A DNA stretch of 46,937 nucleotides, the filler included, from Catajapyx aquilonaris (Eukaryota), in assembly GCA_000934665.2 (NCBI GenBank). It is 2 parts of 2 records of this genome, joined end to end, with 100 filler letters (N's around TTAATTAATTAA, not from the genome) between each part and the next. Parts side by side here need not be neighbours in the genome. Positions count along the whole stretch, not along the records: positions 1 to 23,414 come from KZ539398.1; 1 more part is not named here. One strand, given 5' to 3'. A program made the position numbers and the translations under genes. Below the pieces are notes generated by a model, which saw nothing but the letters and a program-made list of their open reading frames with translations, was not told where the DNA came from and searched no databases. Positions 1 to 14,762 of this stretch are shown one piece after another (position 1 is the first letter of the stretch; each line of letters opens with the position of its first letter).

Positions 1-2300
1 TTTCTGAGAAAACCTATACCAGTACGTCGCTGGATATAACTTGCTGAAAATTCCTCTTAGAATTTTCCGCAGTCTTGCAGAGGAGTTAATGAAAATCCGG
101 ATAATCCGGATGAATCCAGGTGTTCCTTTACTTCCACTATGGTGAATGAGGGTATTGACCTAGGTTACCATCCACTGAATTAAGTAAGAGATAAAGGAAA
201 AAGCGAGCGGGAATTAAAAACGTTGTGTTATTGAGCTGTGCACAAAAACATTTGGCTACCTGCTGATCCACTCATCTTCTCGAGTGCCCTTGTAATGTTC
301 CCCGTCAAAAAAAGTTATGGCACTTCCATGAAGGCCCCCCATTTAAGAAGAACGGTTGTTTGTGATGCCTCTTTTCTCGTAACCGCTGCCATGTAATGTA
401 CGTTGTTGTCAACTTGTGCTTCTAACTATGCTTGTGTTCCTGAAAGCGTGCAATAGATCATACTTACGGTGCACTGACGCAAGTATCATTCGTTCTTTTA
501 ATGAATAAGTTGTTTACTTTGGATGCTTACTTCTAGAAATAACTAATTAACTCGACTATTGCATGTGGCATATTGCGTAAAATTTAATTTTTACATTTCG
601 TGAAGCACACATATTTGTTAATAATAATTACACTTGATTAGGCTCGAATATATGCACTTTTTAAAATGATTGACAATATCGGTATTACCATAACTAAATA
701 ATTCAAATGGCTATTGATATAACTGTTCTGCTATTCAAATTATATTATTCAACAATTCAAATGCAATACAGTTTAGTGCGATTCACCGCTCCCAACATGT
801 AGACCTCAGCTTAATGCTGTTAAAGTGCTATTTTCAACATAGGATTATTCGTAGAAGGAGAGATGAAATGGTAGCCGCAGTAATAATTATTATTCTGGAC
901 CATCGATCAAATTCATTCATATAGACATTTTAATAAATCTGGAGGAAGTCTTGGTGGCAAGACCGGTTCTTCTCTTATCGAGTTGTCTGAATTACTTGAA
1001 TCACTCACTACCTGTCGTCCGTTATCGGAGAATAGATTTTCTCCGGAGTGTTAGAACCAGTGTCTCCTGTCAAGGATTGACGATACGACTCGTTCAAGGT
1101 GATTACACGCTCCAAAGAGTAATTCAATACGCAGTTCAGAAGCGGCCTGAGCAAACAGTATCACACCCTGAGCAATTATCATGATTGGAAACGACAAGAC
1201 GCGTGGCCCAATCGGGGTCGAGTCTCAATTAGCCTCGCGGGGGTTTAATTTCCTCATTACTCCTGAACGGGCCTAATTTTGAAAATGGGCGCGACAAATT
1301 AAATGGGGAGGCCCACTGTGTGTATATGCCAAAAACCCAGCACTTTTCATCATTTCTGCAACCCATCTCCCAATTTCGTATACATATACACCCAGAGAGT
1401 CCCTGTGTCTCCCGTATAGAGAAACTTCCATGTCCCTTGGGGGACTAAAGAGCAACGGCACGTCCTCGCCATAAAATATTACACAGGGTGAAGTGTCGTT
1501 CCCAAACTCTACCCCCCTTTCCCTCCTATTTTCTAACCCTTTTTCCCTATCCCTAGTGCTGTAGCGAGATAATTTAAGGATGAAGTTGGCAAATTGGGGA
1601 GCCCGGTTTTAGGATGGCCATTTGGCACCACGCCCTTTTCCACGGGGGTGGATATCGCGATGGGAAAAGGAAGTATAGTATATACTATGAGGACCGGACG
1701 ATTAACCCCTACTTAGTTGTCTACTTTTTCTCTCTTTCCACAAGTGAGGGGGAAAACCTTTAGGACCCTAACCGCATAGAAAAGGTTAGGAAGACCTATG
1801 TTCACTAAAAGCGTCGTAACTGGAGGGTTTATGGCGTCGCTTTCATGGGTATTGTTGCCGAATAAATATGGAGAGTGGCCCAGCACATCTTGCGGAAGGG
1901 TTTTTGGAACTAATTGCGGTTAACCTGATGGCGTTTTACCGTTTACTGCTCACGTTGGTGTTTCCGCAGAGAGTAGTTTACGTACCGGGCATCCCGGGTT
2001 AGAGCCGGCTCCATTACATGGATTTGCAATATCATGTGCACAGTCTGGGTAATGCTTGTTAACTCTTAAAGGACCCAGGAGCTCAGTCAAACGGTAACTG
2101 AGATTAAATGCCCACTTGGGAGCAATCGGATCCAAACCGAGGATTTGAGCTCGGTTAGTGATGAGCTGGACTTCAAAGCACAGTATTTGGAAATATTGGA
2201 GGTTACCCCGCTGGCTACCCCTCTATGGGATTATTTTGCCGTGAAGTAAATGATGATGATGATGATGATAAGTACTATATATCAATTATCCCCATTTCAG

Positions 2301-2456
2301 AGGAATACACCAAAATAACGACACCTCGCCAAGATGTCCTCTTCAAGAAGGGTTACCTCTGCCGAAAGAGGCCGACGACGGAGACGCCTCCTGCGGCCAA
2401 CGCGGATTTGGCCAATGGAAATTTCCATCCCGACGGATCTCCCATCACCAACGGAG
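2301..2456 (+). CDS. Internal coding exon A of an unidentified + strand gene (EYTKITTPRQDVLFKKGYLCRKRP...PITNG)
   Basis: Acceptor ccccatttcag|, donor |gtaagc; 156 nt, open frame, phase 1 at both ends, joins in frame to 9408 (G+TT=Val). Confidence 0.85.
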
Positions 2457-5400
2457 GTAAGCTGACACTTAATTAATTCATCAATTCAGTTTCGATTACA
2501 AATACGGGGCTTGGGGGTAGAGGATTCCACCCCTAGAGGGGAGCTCAATTTCTGAGGCGGGAAATACTTACGGAGGATTCCTTAATGAGTTTTCTGACGT
2601 CAATGTATTATTAGTCTGGGGGTTTGAATAGCCGGGGGGATTGCGATCACAAACAATGAAGGTCAGCACAATGTACGGGCTCCTTATTAAAATTATGTGG
2701 CAATTTGACTCATAATACATCAGTTGCATATTGATTTAGACACTTTTTGACGAAAAGCATACCGACATAACACATCAATAGTTTATCCTAACAGTTGTCA
2801 CTGCGAACAATGGAGACTCATGAGTACCTATGGAGTACCGCAGGACACACTCGGGATTAAAATAGTGCATTCTTATTACCTGCAGGCAGTACCTGAATCA
2901 ATATGCTGCACTGCACTGTACCGTACTTGAATTATGTAGTACCGCTTGACCTATGACTTGGAGTGTTCCGCAAAAATATTTAAAAATTGAAAGAACTATG
3001 AATGTTTGCATGGTTATGTCTAGAGTCTAGACTGAAGTGACACTAGAATGAGCATATTTATTCTGGAAAAATGCGACAGAAAAGGAGACAGTGGACACGC
3101 ATATTTTTGAATGGCCAGAAATAACAAGGCGGAAATCAAGGATATAAATTTGAAATCAAAGTGCACTTGCTTTATTGACATTGGCGATCATAAATTTACC
3201 ACTCAGTGTCTGGATGGCCTCTCAGGTTCACATGTCGAGTGTTGGGTATCAATCATTATATTAAGAAATAACTTTTAATAATTTATTCTGCACACTTGCC
3301 ATTTTTCAATTCTAGTGGACAATGCCTCTTGTCGTATTGGTCATTCATCATGATTGCGTACGATAAATATTCGTTGTATCTTCTTTGGTCCATGACTAAT
3401 ATTATAGGGTGAGACACAGCACTGAGGATGGGATAACAACGTGTTATTATTTTGATAGGTTTCTTGGATTTTAGCTTTAAAATTGAACAACTATACTTCT
3501 GTCAAGTTGTCTGTACAGATCGTGGAAATAATATAAATAATCAGAAATATCATTCACATTTTAGATGATGGTCTAAGCCTATACAAGCCTAGGTTAGCTC
3601 TGTATTTGTACTGAAGCATTTCTCTGGTATATTTTATATCACAAAACAATCGTATTGGAGGAAAAGGCTTGGCCTGTAAGCCTGCGCAAATTGTAAAAGT
3701 TTTGTAGGAGTCATAGAGTGCTACAATATTATTAGTACTCCAGTAGAATCCGAGGCGCAGTGAGTGGGCACTTAGACGGCTCAGGTTAGTCGTAACTGGT
3801 TTTATTATTAGGACAGAAAATGTCCAGCTGTTTGCCCAAGTTCTTTTTTTTTCCTTCTGTTCCTGGAACCTTCCAGCTCCACCCCCCATTCTATTTGGAA
3901 GAAGAAAAAAAAATAGAAGTTTTTCCTCCAATCCGGCGAGTTTCAGCTGACCATTCTTTTTCCGTTTCCCTTCAGGCCTTCAGATCTTGTTTCATTGAAC
4001 GGTCGGAAGGAACGAGAAAGCAGAGAAGACTTTTTGACACTATAGAGACGCCTCTTTGCCCGCTCTGTTCCGGACGAGATAGGCGCACTATCCGGACCAG
4101 GGGCACTAAAGATCCGCAATTTCGGAGAGTAGACACTGACCGAATAACAATTCTTTTTGGCCCTTGTTTAGATTTGCAGGAATGCATGAATGGCAATGCT
4201 TGCTACTTGTGGCGTCCTCACTGGATGTCCAATCATGGTTGGGTATACGGGAACGTGTATGGTATTTTGTGGGGGAAAGCACATCCCGGAATGTGCCTTT
4301 AGGGACGCATTTGACTGGTTTATGGCCATCCCTGGCGGCCATTTTCCGCTGGTTCTCATATGCGCGCGTGCGGGAATAGTGGAAAAAGAAAAAGGCCGTC
4401 AGATTGAATCACGGACGGAAAACATGCATGGATGTCCCGAATTTTTGAGGGATCCAATTTGGGGAGATGGTAATGAAATGTTGGTTTTTACGGTAATGTA
4501 AAGGATTTTACGGAGGCTTGGCATTGAGTAGGCCCAGCACAGAATGTGGACATAAAATATGGCGGACACCGCCAGGGGACGTGGGACTAACTGTGATTAG
4601 CCGGATCAAAAATGTATTAGCCTCTGCTTAATTATCATTTCAGTCGTGATTTGCTGCCAAGACTGTGACTAATGAAGTGCAGATTTTTTGAGCTGATGAA
4701 ATGTTGCGGTGACGAAAATTTAGCAGCCCGCATTTATAGACAAAGAACCACTTGTGTTACAGTCTAGTGGCTGACCCTTTATGGTTCGAGCACTGGAAAT
4801 ACTCCTTGTTAACCAAAAATACATCACACTTATGTACAGATGCCAAAAGGGATGCATATAGGGAAAGGGGTTCAAAATTCTCATTTGTGCAAGACTGACC
4901 CGTGAAACAATTATTCAGCCAGTCGTTATACTTGTCGGTATAATTCACAAACAAACGGTGAAGCCAATTGGCTCTTTGCACCATTAAAATTCCTGCACCA
5001 TTACGACATAAAACCAAACCCACGTCCATGAAAAGTTGAGCCCAATCATAATAATCAAATAATGAATGACATATTGTGTTGCAGCACTCTAAATGTTTAG
5101 AGTGCTGCAACAGTCATTTCAGTGTGATAATATTTTGTTATTAACTCCGGTATTAATATTCAGCTTTATACAGGGTGCTCAACTGCCAAATGCCCAATAC
5201 TTTTGATTATGATTGGGCTCAACCTTTGAAGCAATAATTCGCTGCATGTTGAGTGTACTTCATATCCGTCCTTATATGTATACAGAGCAGTATAGCACTA
5301 AAAATCCATCCAGGCAGTTTATTATGCAGGTTGCCTTTGAACGTAGCAATCTCATAGACGTAATCTGGCCGTATACCGGTTGATTCGGTCTCAATTTCAG

Positions 5401-8400
5401 GTATGATTGACTGCAGACCTGTAATACAGTGTCGGTAGAGTTTGAAGGTTTTCATCGAATTATATCCGCCTGAGATGTGACGACCGGGGTCCTTTTGAAG
5501 TTTTCACCCTGGGGTCTGTGGACGGGGGCTCAATCGCTGTTGAGTGTTCAGAAACGATGCGTTTTTAATAGCGATCTGTTCCGCACGAATGTCTCTCAGA
5601 GGATCACCCAGGATTTTTGGACGCACTGATCTGGCACAAAACGTAGTGATCCTTCTTTGGAAAACCTTTTCCAAAACTTGAGAGCATCTCCAGCAACATC
5701 CGCTGTTCAGAAACTCGGCCCTGAACAGGTGTTCTCATAAATATGCAAAATTTGACCATATTTTTTTAAAACCAAATTTTTTTTTCTTGGATCTGTCGGG
5801 CCGTGTAAACAGGAAGTAGATTAAAGTCCGATTCTGTTGGCCCGGGGAGTGTCAGAACGATGCATCTGCTGAAGCCTCAGTGTCACAATAGCTGCTAGTC
5901 TACACAAGCCGGAAGTGATCCAGATGGCTTGATTGATTGTCAGGCCAATCGTCACTGAGGAGTGAAAAGAGAGAGACAGGGGGTGGGTGGAGGATATATA
6001 GGACTGATCCGAAAGACAAAAGCGAGGTAGGCCAATACTTCACATCCCAAACCTAATACTCTATTCAGGGACAAAGCCACGAATTCGTTCCGCTCGTTTC
6101 GACATCAGACAGCTATTCGTGACCGACAATATTTTTCGTGTGTGGATTTCTTTTTTTTTCTGAAGTCTGAGGATGTGCGTTCTCATAAGCCCCCTTGGTA
6201 TTAATCCCCATCGGAGGTCCCAAAGAATTTTCCAGCCGGTGCTTGGTGGGGGAGAGAGTTATGGCTAGACCCACGTGTATCCTCCAGCTTTATTGAGCCG
6301 AATGTCGATACTGAGGGAAGGACATTTTTATCCCTTTCAGACAGATTACGATCGAGGGTTCAAGGATTCTTTCAGGGATCGGTCGTTAAATTCGGTGCAA
6401 ATTGTTACGACATTTGTCTTCCTCTATCTGCACGGTCCGAACCTGGCCGAGGACTCTATGGGCTGTAAAAGACAGAGTGCGTCTATTAGTCGTACCATGC
6501 ACCTGTAAAGCAGAGTAACATTGGAAAAGTTTGAATCTAAAGTTGTCCCTTATGTGTGCTGCAATTTTTACAAACTTTTCTTCAGTTGTATTAGGAGCTG
6601 ACAAACTGACAACGAGTAAACAGGAAAATGATTGATAATATGCAGTTCATTATAGTGTCAAAAATGACAACCTTGATGTGCACTGTGCAGTGCTTACTAC
6701 GCATGCAGAATGTTCATCTGCGCATCTCTCCACATAATCGTGTCCATTTGTTGCCTGTTATTGTGCATTGTTGTCCCATGTGGGTACGCAGCTCCGCCAC
6801 AATTATGGCAATTGATGCCTGCCATGCCCCTGTTGATACTGTAACAGTGTTAATGCATTTGTAATCTGCACATCGCGTCAAAATTAATCACTTTTGCTTC
6901 ATCCCCAATGACCTCCAATAATGCAGGTGTAATTTTCCTTTCCTGTGTAGTGATGAAAAGACCCAATTTATTCGCAACATTTTCCTTGATTGCAAGGAAT
7001 CGAAACCTCTCGCGCAGATTTGTAAGGCCGACTGAATAGGCTTCGTTTGGCGCAATTCTCGTGGGAAACCGGACATGAAGCGTGGCCGTACTTGAGCAAT
7101 GGATTAGGCCTGATTGATACTCCTTCGAGTCGATGGGAATTTTCTCTTACTCGCTCTGCAGTGTAAAAATCTCGAGTTTCTGCCTCTAGATATAGCCCCT
7201 CGTTTGGTAATCGTGTTAAAAGCAACTAGCTATAGGTTGCTGCTTTTGCTTCAGTGTCTCAAGATATGGCTCAGGCCGCACTAATGAGGCGTGAAAAGAA
7301 TGCAAGAAGAATGACGTCACCGGCGAGTGATCGCGACACGAGCGACGTGACAAAACGCGTCGTTTTAAATTTATTCGAGGCACCTGGCAGGACACCATTT
7401 TGTCTCCGCCTCCCTTTTTTCGCTCTTTGCCCTTTAATTATTATTCATCCGGCGAGGGGTTATAGATAGGGTGGTTGGGACCTCGGAGACGCTTTTAGTA
7501 CACAGGCTACACAGGCCGATTGGCATGAGCTCTTGGCCTTTTGGGGGAACGCGGAAAGATTGCGTATATACTCATGGTCGAATAGTCTAAACAGATTCAA
7601 AATTTGGAGCCGAACAACACAAGAAATATTATAATTAAAATCTGCAATGCTTGGGCACTATGCTTGGCTGACATCAAAATTGCGGAAGAAAAAGGTCAAC
7701 AAGCATCACGAAAAAAAGGGTATTGTGAACTTGACAATGAAGGTTTGATTTTTGGGTTGCCGGAAATGCTGGGGTATAACGGGCAGGGTATGCATACATC
7801 TGAAACGGAAGTTTTGCGCGCTATTGCGTGCCATTGCTGTGTGCATCAATTCCCGTTTTGGAGGACTTCTCTCTATTCCTGGTTTTGTGTATCGAGTCAT
7901 TTGGCGTGACATGTCATTTTAGTGAGGCCAAACACTAGAATAAGTTTGAATTGCGAGCGGGTGTAATGAGAAATGGGTGTTTTGTGCTAATTGCTGTCAA
8001 TGTATTTTCTGAACCAGGATTTCAAATGTGGCGCACGTCAATTAGCTATTCATGCACGGTGAGGCGGGCGGTTTTGTGTGCAAAACCGACATCCATTGCA
8101 ATTTTCGTCATATTAAAACACCTTGCTCAGCGGCTGTTACTCTGAGAACACTGCTATATTACGACGTCCTTTCCTGTAGCATGTTGCAACAATGCGTGGT
8201 GCTCGTCGTATCTGCTTGCAATCACCGTTGCACTTATTGTAATGAGGATATTATATCAGATGTGCATAAAATAGTGCTCGGCACTGTTTGAATAATTCAG
8301 TACTCTCAGTAGGGCCACTAACCCCATATTCTATTGTTGTAACGAACACTTACACAATGTAACTTCTGGTATATAAAGCCTGTGCCGATCTGCAATGCAG

Positions 8401-9407
8401 TAGTTTAACATTATAAAAAAGCTTCGCCGTAACATACGGATTACAATACAGACAAACCGCTCTTATAGGTCATGCTCTCTCATTTGGTAATCAGGACAGG
8501 CTGCAAGGTTAGTTATCACTACATTAATTATAGGAACCGTGTCACACGAGCCTGCTTTTGCAAATAATGCAGCAACTGGCCTTTTAGTCTTGCATCATCA
8601 CGTTTTATCGACGTATATAGTAGAGAATCCGTTCAGTAAGCTGCAAGCTCGACTCATCATTGCAGCATATTGCATCAACAAGCAATGCCATTACTCATTA
8701 GGCAGAAATTAAATTTCATACAACATATACTCGTAACTGTATGTTATGCATTTCCATAGCACCAATTTAGTGCCATCGGATGCCATCGTCTTTATTACAC
8801 GTTTTGTACTAAAATGTGTCAACAAATTGATCGCATTCTGCAACCTCATTGTGTATAAGGACAGCACAATCTTCTCATTACCAACCAAAAAGTGAAGCCA
8901 TCCTTATAAATAAAAGGAGTCGGCGGAATCTGACTAACAAGCCAACACGCAGCATCCACGCTGTCCATTTTCAACTCGGAATAAAAACAGATGAAAAACA
9001 TTTTCTCTTCTTCTCTGTGTACCTCATACCCTGCAGCCTGGGATATCTGGCCACACTCCTGGATGTTTTTCAGCGACCGGGGTGTCCGCAATAAACTACG
9101 CTCATTACCAAGAGGGACTGGAGGATTTAAAGTAAAAATAGTGTCGCCCGCCTTGTCATCGCGTGCTCTAGTATACAGCACGCGGGAAAGGCAGAAAATG
9201 CGTTTACTGTATGGAGAGAGGAGGTCGTAAAACGCACCAAATTATTACCAACAGTTGGTCCTAATGCCCGCTGGACCGGTTCGAGCAATACAATGTAGTG
9301 TATACTGATTTAAGGTTGTGTCATCCCGTTCGCTGTAGCTAAGTGGGCTTGACTGTTTTGCAAGGATTGACAGGATGCGTGCCTAACTATACGGTCTTTT
9401 TTTTCAG

Positions 9408-9518
9408 TTGCGGAAACGGTAGACAACGTGGACAAACCTGGAGAAGCGTTACCTGAGGACCAGCAGCAATATTACACCAACGGGTTCATGGATCAAAACG
9501 GCGTGTACTATGTCAACG
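9408..9518 (+). CDS. Internal coding exon B of the + strand gene (AETVDNVDKPGEALPEDQQQYYTNGFMDQNGVYYVN)
   Basis: Branch-like cctaac plus poly-T cag| acceptor, |gtaagt donor; 111 nt, phase 1-1, no stops. Confidence 0.88.
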
Positions 9519-12099
9519 GTAAGTTATAATACAAAGTCTATCAGAGAAATGGGATCATCTCTAGAGCTGTGTGAGAAATGGGACTCGTACCAGTTGGATC
9601 GCACGGAAGAGCAACAATTGCAAACAGGGCGCGTGATTGTCGATTGGCCTCGGTTTTGTTGCGCATTGCTTTTGTGAGCTGGCGAAAAAGAGTTTGCTGG
9701 CAGTATAATTTACTGATTGGCTGGACGCGGTGTGACTTCTTCACTTTTTTTTTCCAAGCTGGAGTCAAGTGGCAGCGGGTGTGAAGTGACGCCGGCGTTT
9801 GAGGTGTGTCCGAAATAGACGGCGGGAAGGCAGATTACACGCAGGGAACATTATCTCCTGCCAAGAGAGGTCCTGGCAATTGTTCAGTTACTACCCCCCC
9901 CCCCTCCCATATTCTGACACCCTCCATCCTCCTGTACCCCACCAGCAGAGCCAGACATGAACTTTTCATACTTGACAATGGGCATACTGTGGGGGCTCGT
10001 TGACTCGTCCAAGCCTCGCATTAGGCCCCATTAAAAGCCATAATCTGCATGTGGACCCTGATGCGCGAATTGACGCTGGGCCTTTCCTGCTGCTCCACTG
10101 CCATTCAGACGCGTTTAGGCGGACATCACCGTTGCTCCTTTTCCCATCTTATTACACGGGACGACTATTAAAGGACAGGTGGCATTTTGACAAATTGGTT
10201 TGAACAGGGGGGAAATAGTGGCTGAATAGTATGTTTTAATGGGTTCGCAACATTTTCTAGTGAATCTGCTTTTATTGAATAGCCACATTGAGATATTATT
10301 ATCTATGCACTGTCCAAAATATTGGTCATAATCACACAAGAAGTGACACCTGGACTATTTAATCAGTGGGGATCGGCAAACTAATAAGATAGGCCTATCA
10401 TATACGAATGGGAACGAATTTATGATCTGTTAAAAAACCATTTGCAACCACAGTTTACTATCGCTGCTCCAACTTTAGAGGCTCCATTAATCCGTTCCGA
10501 TGGAATTAGCTTATCCGCGGTGTCAGTTCGTGAACCCTTAGTCCCTGTCAAATTTATTCTGTTGACCAGTGATAAGTTCTCGGTTCACTTTTCACGAGCT
10601 TTCAAAATATTCCAGAAGTTTCAAGCGGGTCTTATCTATAATGGTTTCTGGAGACATTCGTTGATATAAAGGCGTAGGAAAAAGTGGGGCTCAAAAGTAG
10701 AGTATTTCACTATCATATCATATCGTATATGTGAATGAGCTCTTTTCTGATTAATTCTGAGCAGTCGAGAATATTATCCTTTAATGAGTAATGAACTCAT
10801 AATGTTGTGGTGGTGGTTTCATTTTAATTTTAATACGTTGTACCCTATGCGTTTCAGTTATTCAGTTCTGGCTCATCGTAACTGAATTTTTTAGATCTAA
10901 AATGATACACCAGCCTCAGGGAACTTATGGATTAGTTATATTTTACTTATTTATGTAAAGAATCTCTCCTCCTATGGATCATGTATACGGTACACTGTAG
11001 TACCTGAAGGACATTCCTTTAGCACTGAGAGATGATAGCGGACGTGACTTCCCCAGCTCGCGTTTCTTGCACGAATATATACGAGGAAGAAAATCTCATG
11101 AGGAATCTTGCGAAAGCCTCTGCAGGCAATTTAGGTAATTGAGGAAGCCATGATAACCTTCAGGGAAGATTCCGGCCGACTTTTCTGCCACATTACTGCT
11201 AGCCCCCCGACGCAAAATTATCCTCAGTATTAGTTATGTACAGCACAAACTACAGGGGAAGTCCATGTCAAAAACTTTTACTGCGAACGCATATGCTGGG
11301 AAAAACCTTGGCTGATTTATTATTGCGATTACGGTACTGTTCGAGGATTAATTTCTGAGACTGTTCACCCTACGTCGGGCTCATTATGAAATACTCTGTG
11401 TAGATAACGCTCACATACACACACAAAAAAAGACAGGATAGAACCTCGTTTGTCTTGTTGAGGAAGGGTGGAGTGGGTTTCTTATAGCCTCTGCCGATTT
11501 TCCAGATAGCTCTGCAGACAGAACACTGAGAAGTAGCAGTTGGAGGACATGTCAAGATTGGCGGCCCCGATCTTTCACGGGGATCCTACAACCCAAAAAT
11601 TTTCGACCCTTTTCAAAAAGGAAACATGTCTACGCAACACAAGCCCTTGTATAGTTTCGGGCCTTCTTTCTACTTGACAGAGGTGGTCTCATGATACAAT
11701 ATGGCTTATACAGGGAATGGTATTGCAACCTTGGTCATATACTCGCCCACATTTTCATCAGAAGCCTGTCAGCCAATAAATAATGGATATGGTGAATAGT
11801 AGGGGGGGCTTTTAGAGCCTTGCCTATTCTGGCCCCAAAGCCCCCACCGTCAACCCCCCAGCGAAATTGTCGGCTGGGAAAATCCATCGGAAGCACTTGT
11901 CGGCCCGACTTTTGTCATCTCGCAAAAAAGAGAAGACCCGTAATCGGCATCCTGACAACTAAATGGTCCTAACGGGACGGGGAGGTCGATACAATCCTTG
12001 CAGCTGGCCAATGCCAGACAAAAATGGCCGCATTTCACATATGAAGTGCTCGGGAGAAAAACATGTTAACCACCAATGGCAGTTAACATGTTTTTTTTT

Positions 12100-12215
12100 N
12101 NNNNNNNNNNNNNNNNNNNNNNNNNNNNNNNNNNNNNNNNNNNNNNNNNNNNNNNNNNNNNNNNNNNNNNNNNNNNNNNNNNNNNNNNNNNNNNNNNNNN
12201 NNNNNNNNNNNNNNN
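12100..12215. other. Assembly gap (116 N) between poly-T and poly-C runs
   Basis: N run. Confidence 0.99.
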
Positions 12216-13370
12216 CCCCCCATTCTCCTCCAGCATTAATGTGAGCAGTTACACGATTGCGAATTAGTTTGCGTGACTGTACTTAATAGGGACAGTGGTA
12301 AGGCTAATGGGCGGAGGCTTGATTAAGTAAATGGAGCGCAATATCCCTCGAGATGATACCCACCATCTGTGTTTATTAAGTCTTGCAAGTTGCGGCACCA
12401 GCGTCTGTTTAGTGTGTTGCATGTAGGATGTGTTGCACATATATATTTTAATGAGACAAGCGGGGGCATACTTTTAGCACGAGTTATTTAGTCAGCTTAT
12501 CGGTGGGAGGGTAAAAAATGTGGTAAGGCGTGTGTTTTAAACGGTCTCATTGGAATTGGTTGCTGAAGATGAGTCCGATAAAATCCAGACAGGGGTTCAT
12601 TAGGTGATGACAGCTTTAAACTTGGCTCCCCTCCTCTTTGTAATAATGCGCGGACTAAAATAAGAAAAGGACCACCGCAAAGTGGCCCTGGAAAAGGGTC
12701 TTGCAGACACGAAATGAGATCCTCTATGTTGTGGTTTTTTTTGTTCTCTTCCCATCCCCACACTGTGTTTCATTATGACTTTAATTTTAGCGTGATTATA
12801 ACGATCGGATTACACATCATTAATGATCATACCATATTCGCAAGACTGTTGGCAATGTTGGTTCATACTTACTATGCAAATAATGTCGGTTTTTGGCACA
12901 GCTCTGAAAGTGGCTTTTAACTAGGTAATGTAGTGTTGAAAATGTCTGATAACGAAGGATTATGTTGGAACGACCAGATTGTGAAATAGTGTGCCCGCAA
13001 GAAATGTGTGACTAAATTATTGCACGGTGCAATTATTATGGCACTCCCCACGTATTTCCTTGTTTTATAACCTTGTTAAACCGCCAACTATTAGTTTTCA
13101 GAAATTATTCGTCATGTTCAATGACTCAACAAGGTATGAACTGCTAATTGGAAATCCTGGATGTCAACCAGTTGGGTGTCAACAGTCTTCCTATTTCCTG
13201 TTATTCTTCCAATATAACGTGCCTTTGAAACTCATTCTATGAGTAATTACTGTGTATTATGTCACAACATGAGTAATTGCATCCTACGTCGTCGATAATG
13301 AGCTGCACAATCATGATTGATAACCTCTGTGTTGTCTGCCAATGTCACGTATTTTGTCTGAAACTGTAAC

Positions 13371-13371
<1 letters not shown>

Positions 13372-13434
<63 letters not shown>
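13372..13434. repeat. (ATT)21 microsatellite
   Basis: Perfect trinucleotide run; source of the poly-Ile pseudo-ORF. Confidence 0.98.
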
Positions 13435-13437
<3 letters not shown>

Positions 13438-14502
13438 TGGGTGACTTCTTTCCTTGTTGGACTGGGACACTCGGTTGCTTTTCGGATCAATACCCAGCTA
13501 ACGTTCAGCACCCAAAGGGCTTGCATGGACTGCAAAATTTTTGCACTGCTCTTGGCAAAAAAAAAGTAGAAAAAAGCGAGTGGCTATTACGTCTGCTCCA
13601 TTACATCCCAAAGGCGCGCTAATTTGAAAGGCGCGCAAAGTCAACCCACCAGCTGATTATGAGCGTATACACACAAATCTGGGTTTCTAAAAAGCGCGAA
13701 TATTTCACTTGGCACACGTAATTTGGCTTCGAAAGTGGCCAAATATTTATATGTTCTTTCAGCAAGGGCCTATATGTCAACCGCTCACTTGAGAGTCGGA
13801 GAGGTTGGCAGCGGTTAAGTAACTCCCAGCCTGTGTGACAAAAGCCGCGTTGTAAAGAAACGCCTCCCCCTTTTGGAAGATAAGAAGTTGCACTATGGGG
13901 TCGAGGGTTAGTCAGTCAAGTGGGTTTGAACAAGTTGCGCGAATGAATGTAATAGACGTTGTATAATAAGTGCCAGGTTACATCATAATCTGAGGGGGTA
14001 GCTCGATAGGTATATGTGCCAGGGCATGGCAGCACAAGAAGGATCGGTTTGAGCAAGGTCTTCGTAGAGGGCAGGGGGGGATTACTTCTTTTTTTTCATT
14101 TTGTAACATCCACCCCACCATGTTTCTTCTGGCTGGATTTCAAAAGGTGGTGGGTATGGAGACATGCGGCAGCCCCCTTCCGTCATTTCCCTGGCATTGG
14201 TTCAGAGCTGCGACCGTCGAAGAATTTTTGGGCAGCTCCGATCCGGTGACGGCGATGCCTGCAGAAGAGGAAGTCTGGAGACAACGACCGGGAGGCCTTG
14301 GTTTTTGCAACACACTCTTCTTTCTCTCTCTGTCTTCCTAACCAACCCTTTTTGTTGCGCAATATGGTCGGCACAGGACAGCCATCTTGGTTATAAAGGC
14401 ATGAGCTATGCAGGTCGCCACAGCACCTGGTGTTGCATCGTTTAGGCGTGAATTAGCAACGCGGGACCAGGAATCGCTTCTCACTTTGGAAATCTGCATA
14501 TA

Positions 14503-14762
14503 CAGGGTGGTACTACATGGTCAAGTACGCGGTTCAAGGGAAGCTCTTTACCTCAGCAATAGCTATGTAACAATTTCCTGCAATTTTCTCTGCAGACATG
14601 CTTCACTGATTATGTAACTTGTGTGTATTTTAATTTATAAATATGCGGTGTCTCCCACCAAAGCAAGAACTTGAATTGAGATATTGATTGTTGGGAGTTA
14701 ACAGATCCCTAATGATGTAACACTCATTTGAACTGTAGGAACTTGGCCTATGTACCACCCTG
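14503..14762. mobile_element. Degenerate Tc1/mariner-type MITE (CAGGGTG termini)
   Basis: TA|CAGGGTGGTAC..GGTCAAGT..GTTCAA matches the reverse complement of TTGAAC..ACTTGGCC..GTACCACCCTG; right TA target is mutated to TG. Confidence 0.65.

Noticed and set aside
3820..4501. Cluster of overlapping ORFs
   Set aside because: No recognisable domain, codon bias or phase-compatible donor/acceptor pair.
11052..11300. CCCAGC...GCTGGG element (CACTA-like)
   Set aside because: Only a 6-bp terminal match and no TSD.
13342..13569. Poly-Ile 'membrane' ORFs (also 37000-37299)
   Set aside because: They are translations of ATT/TAA microsatellites.
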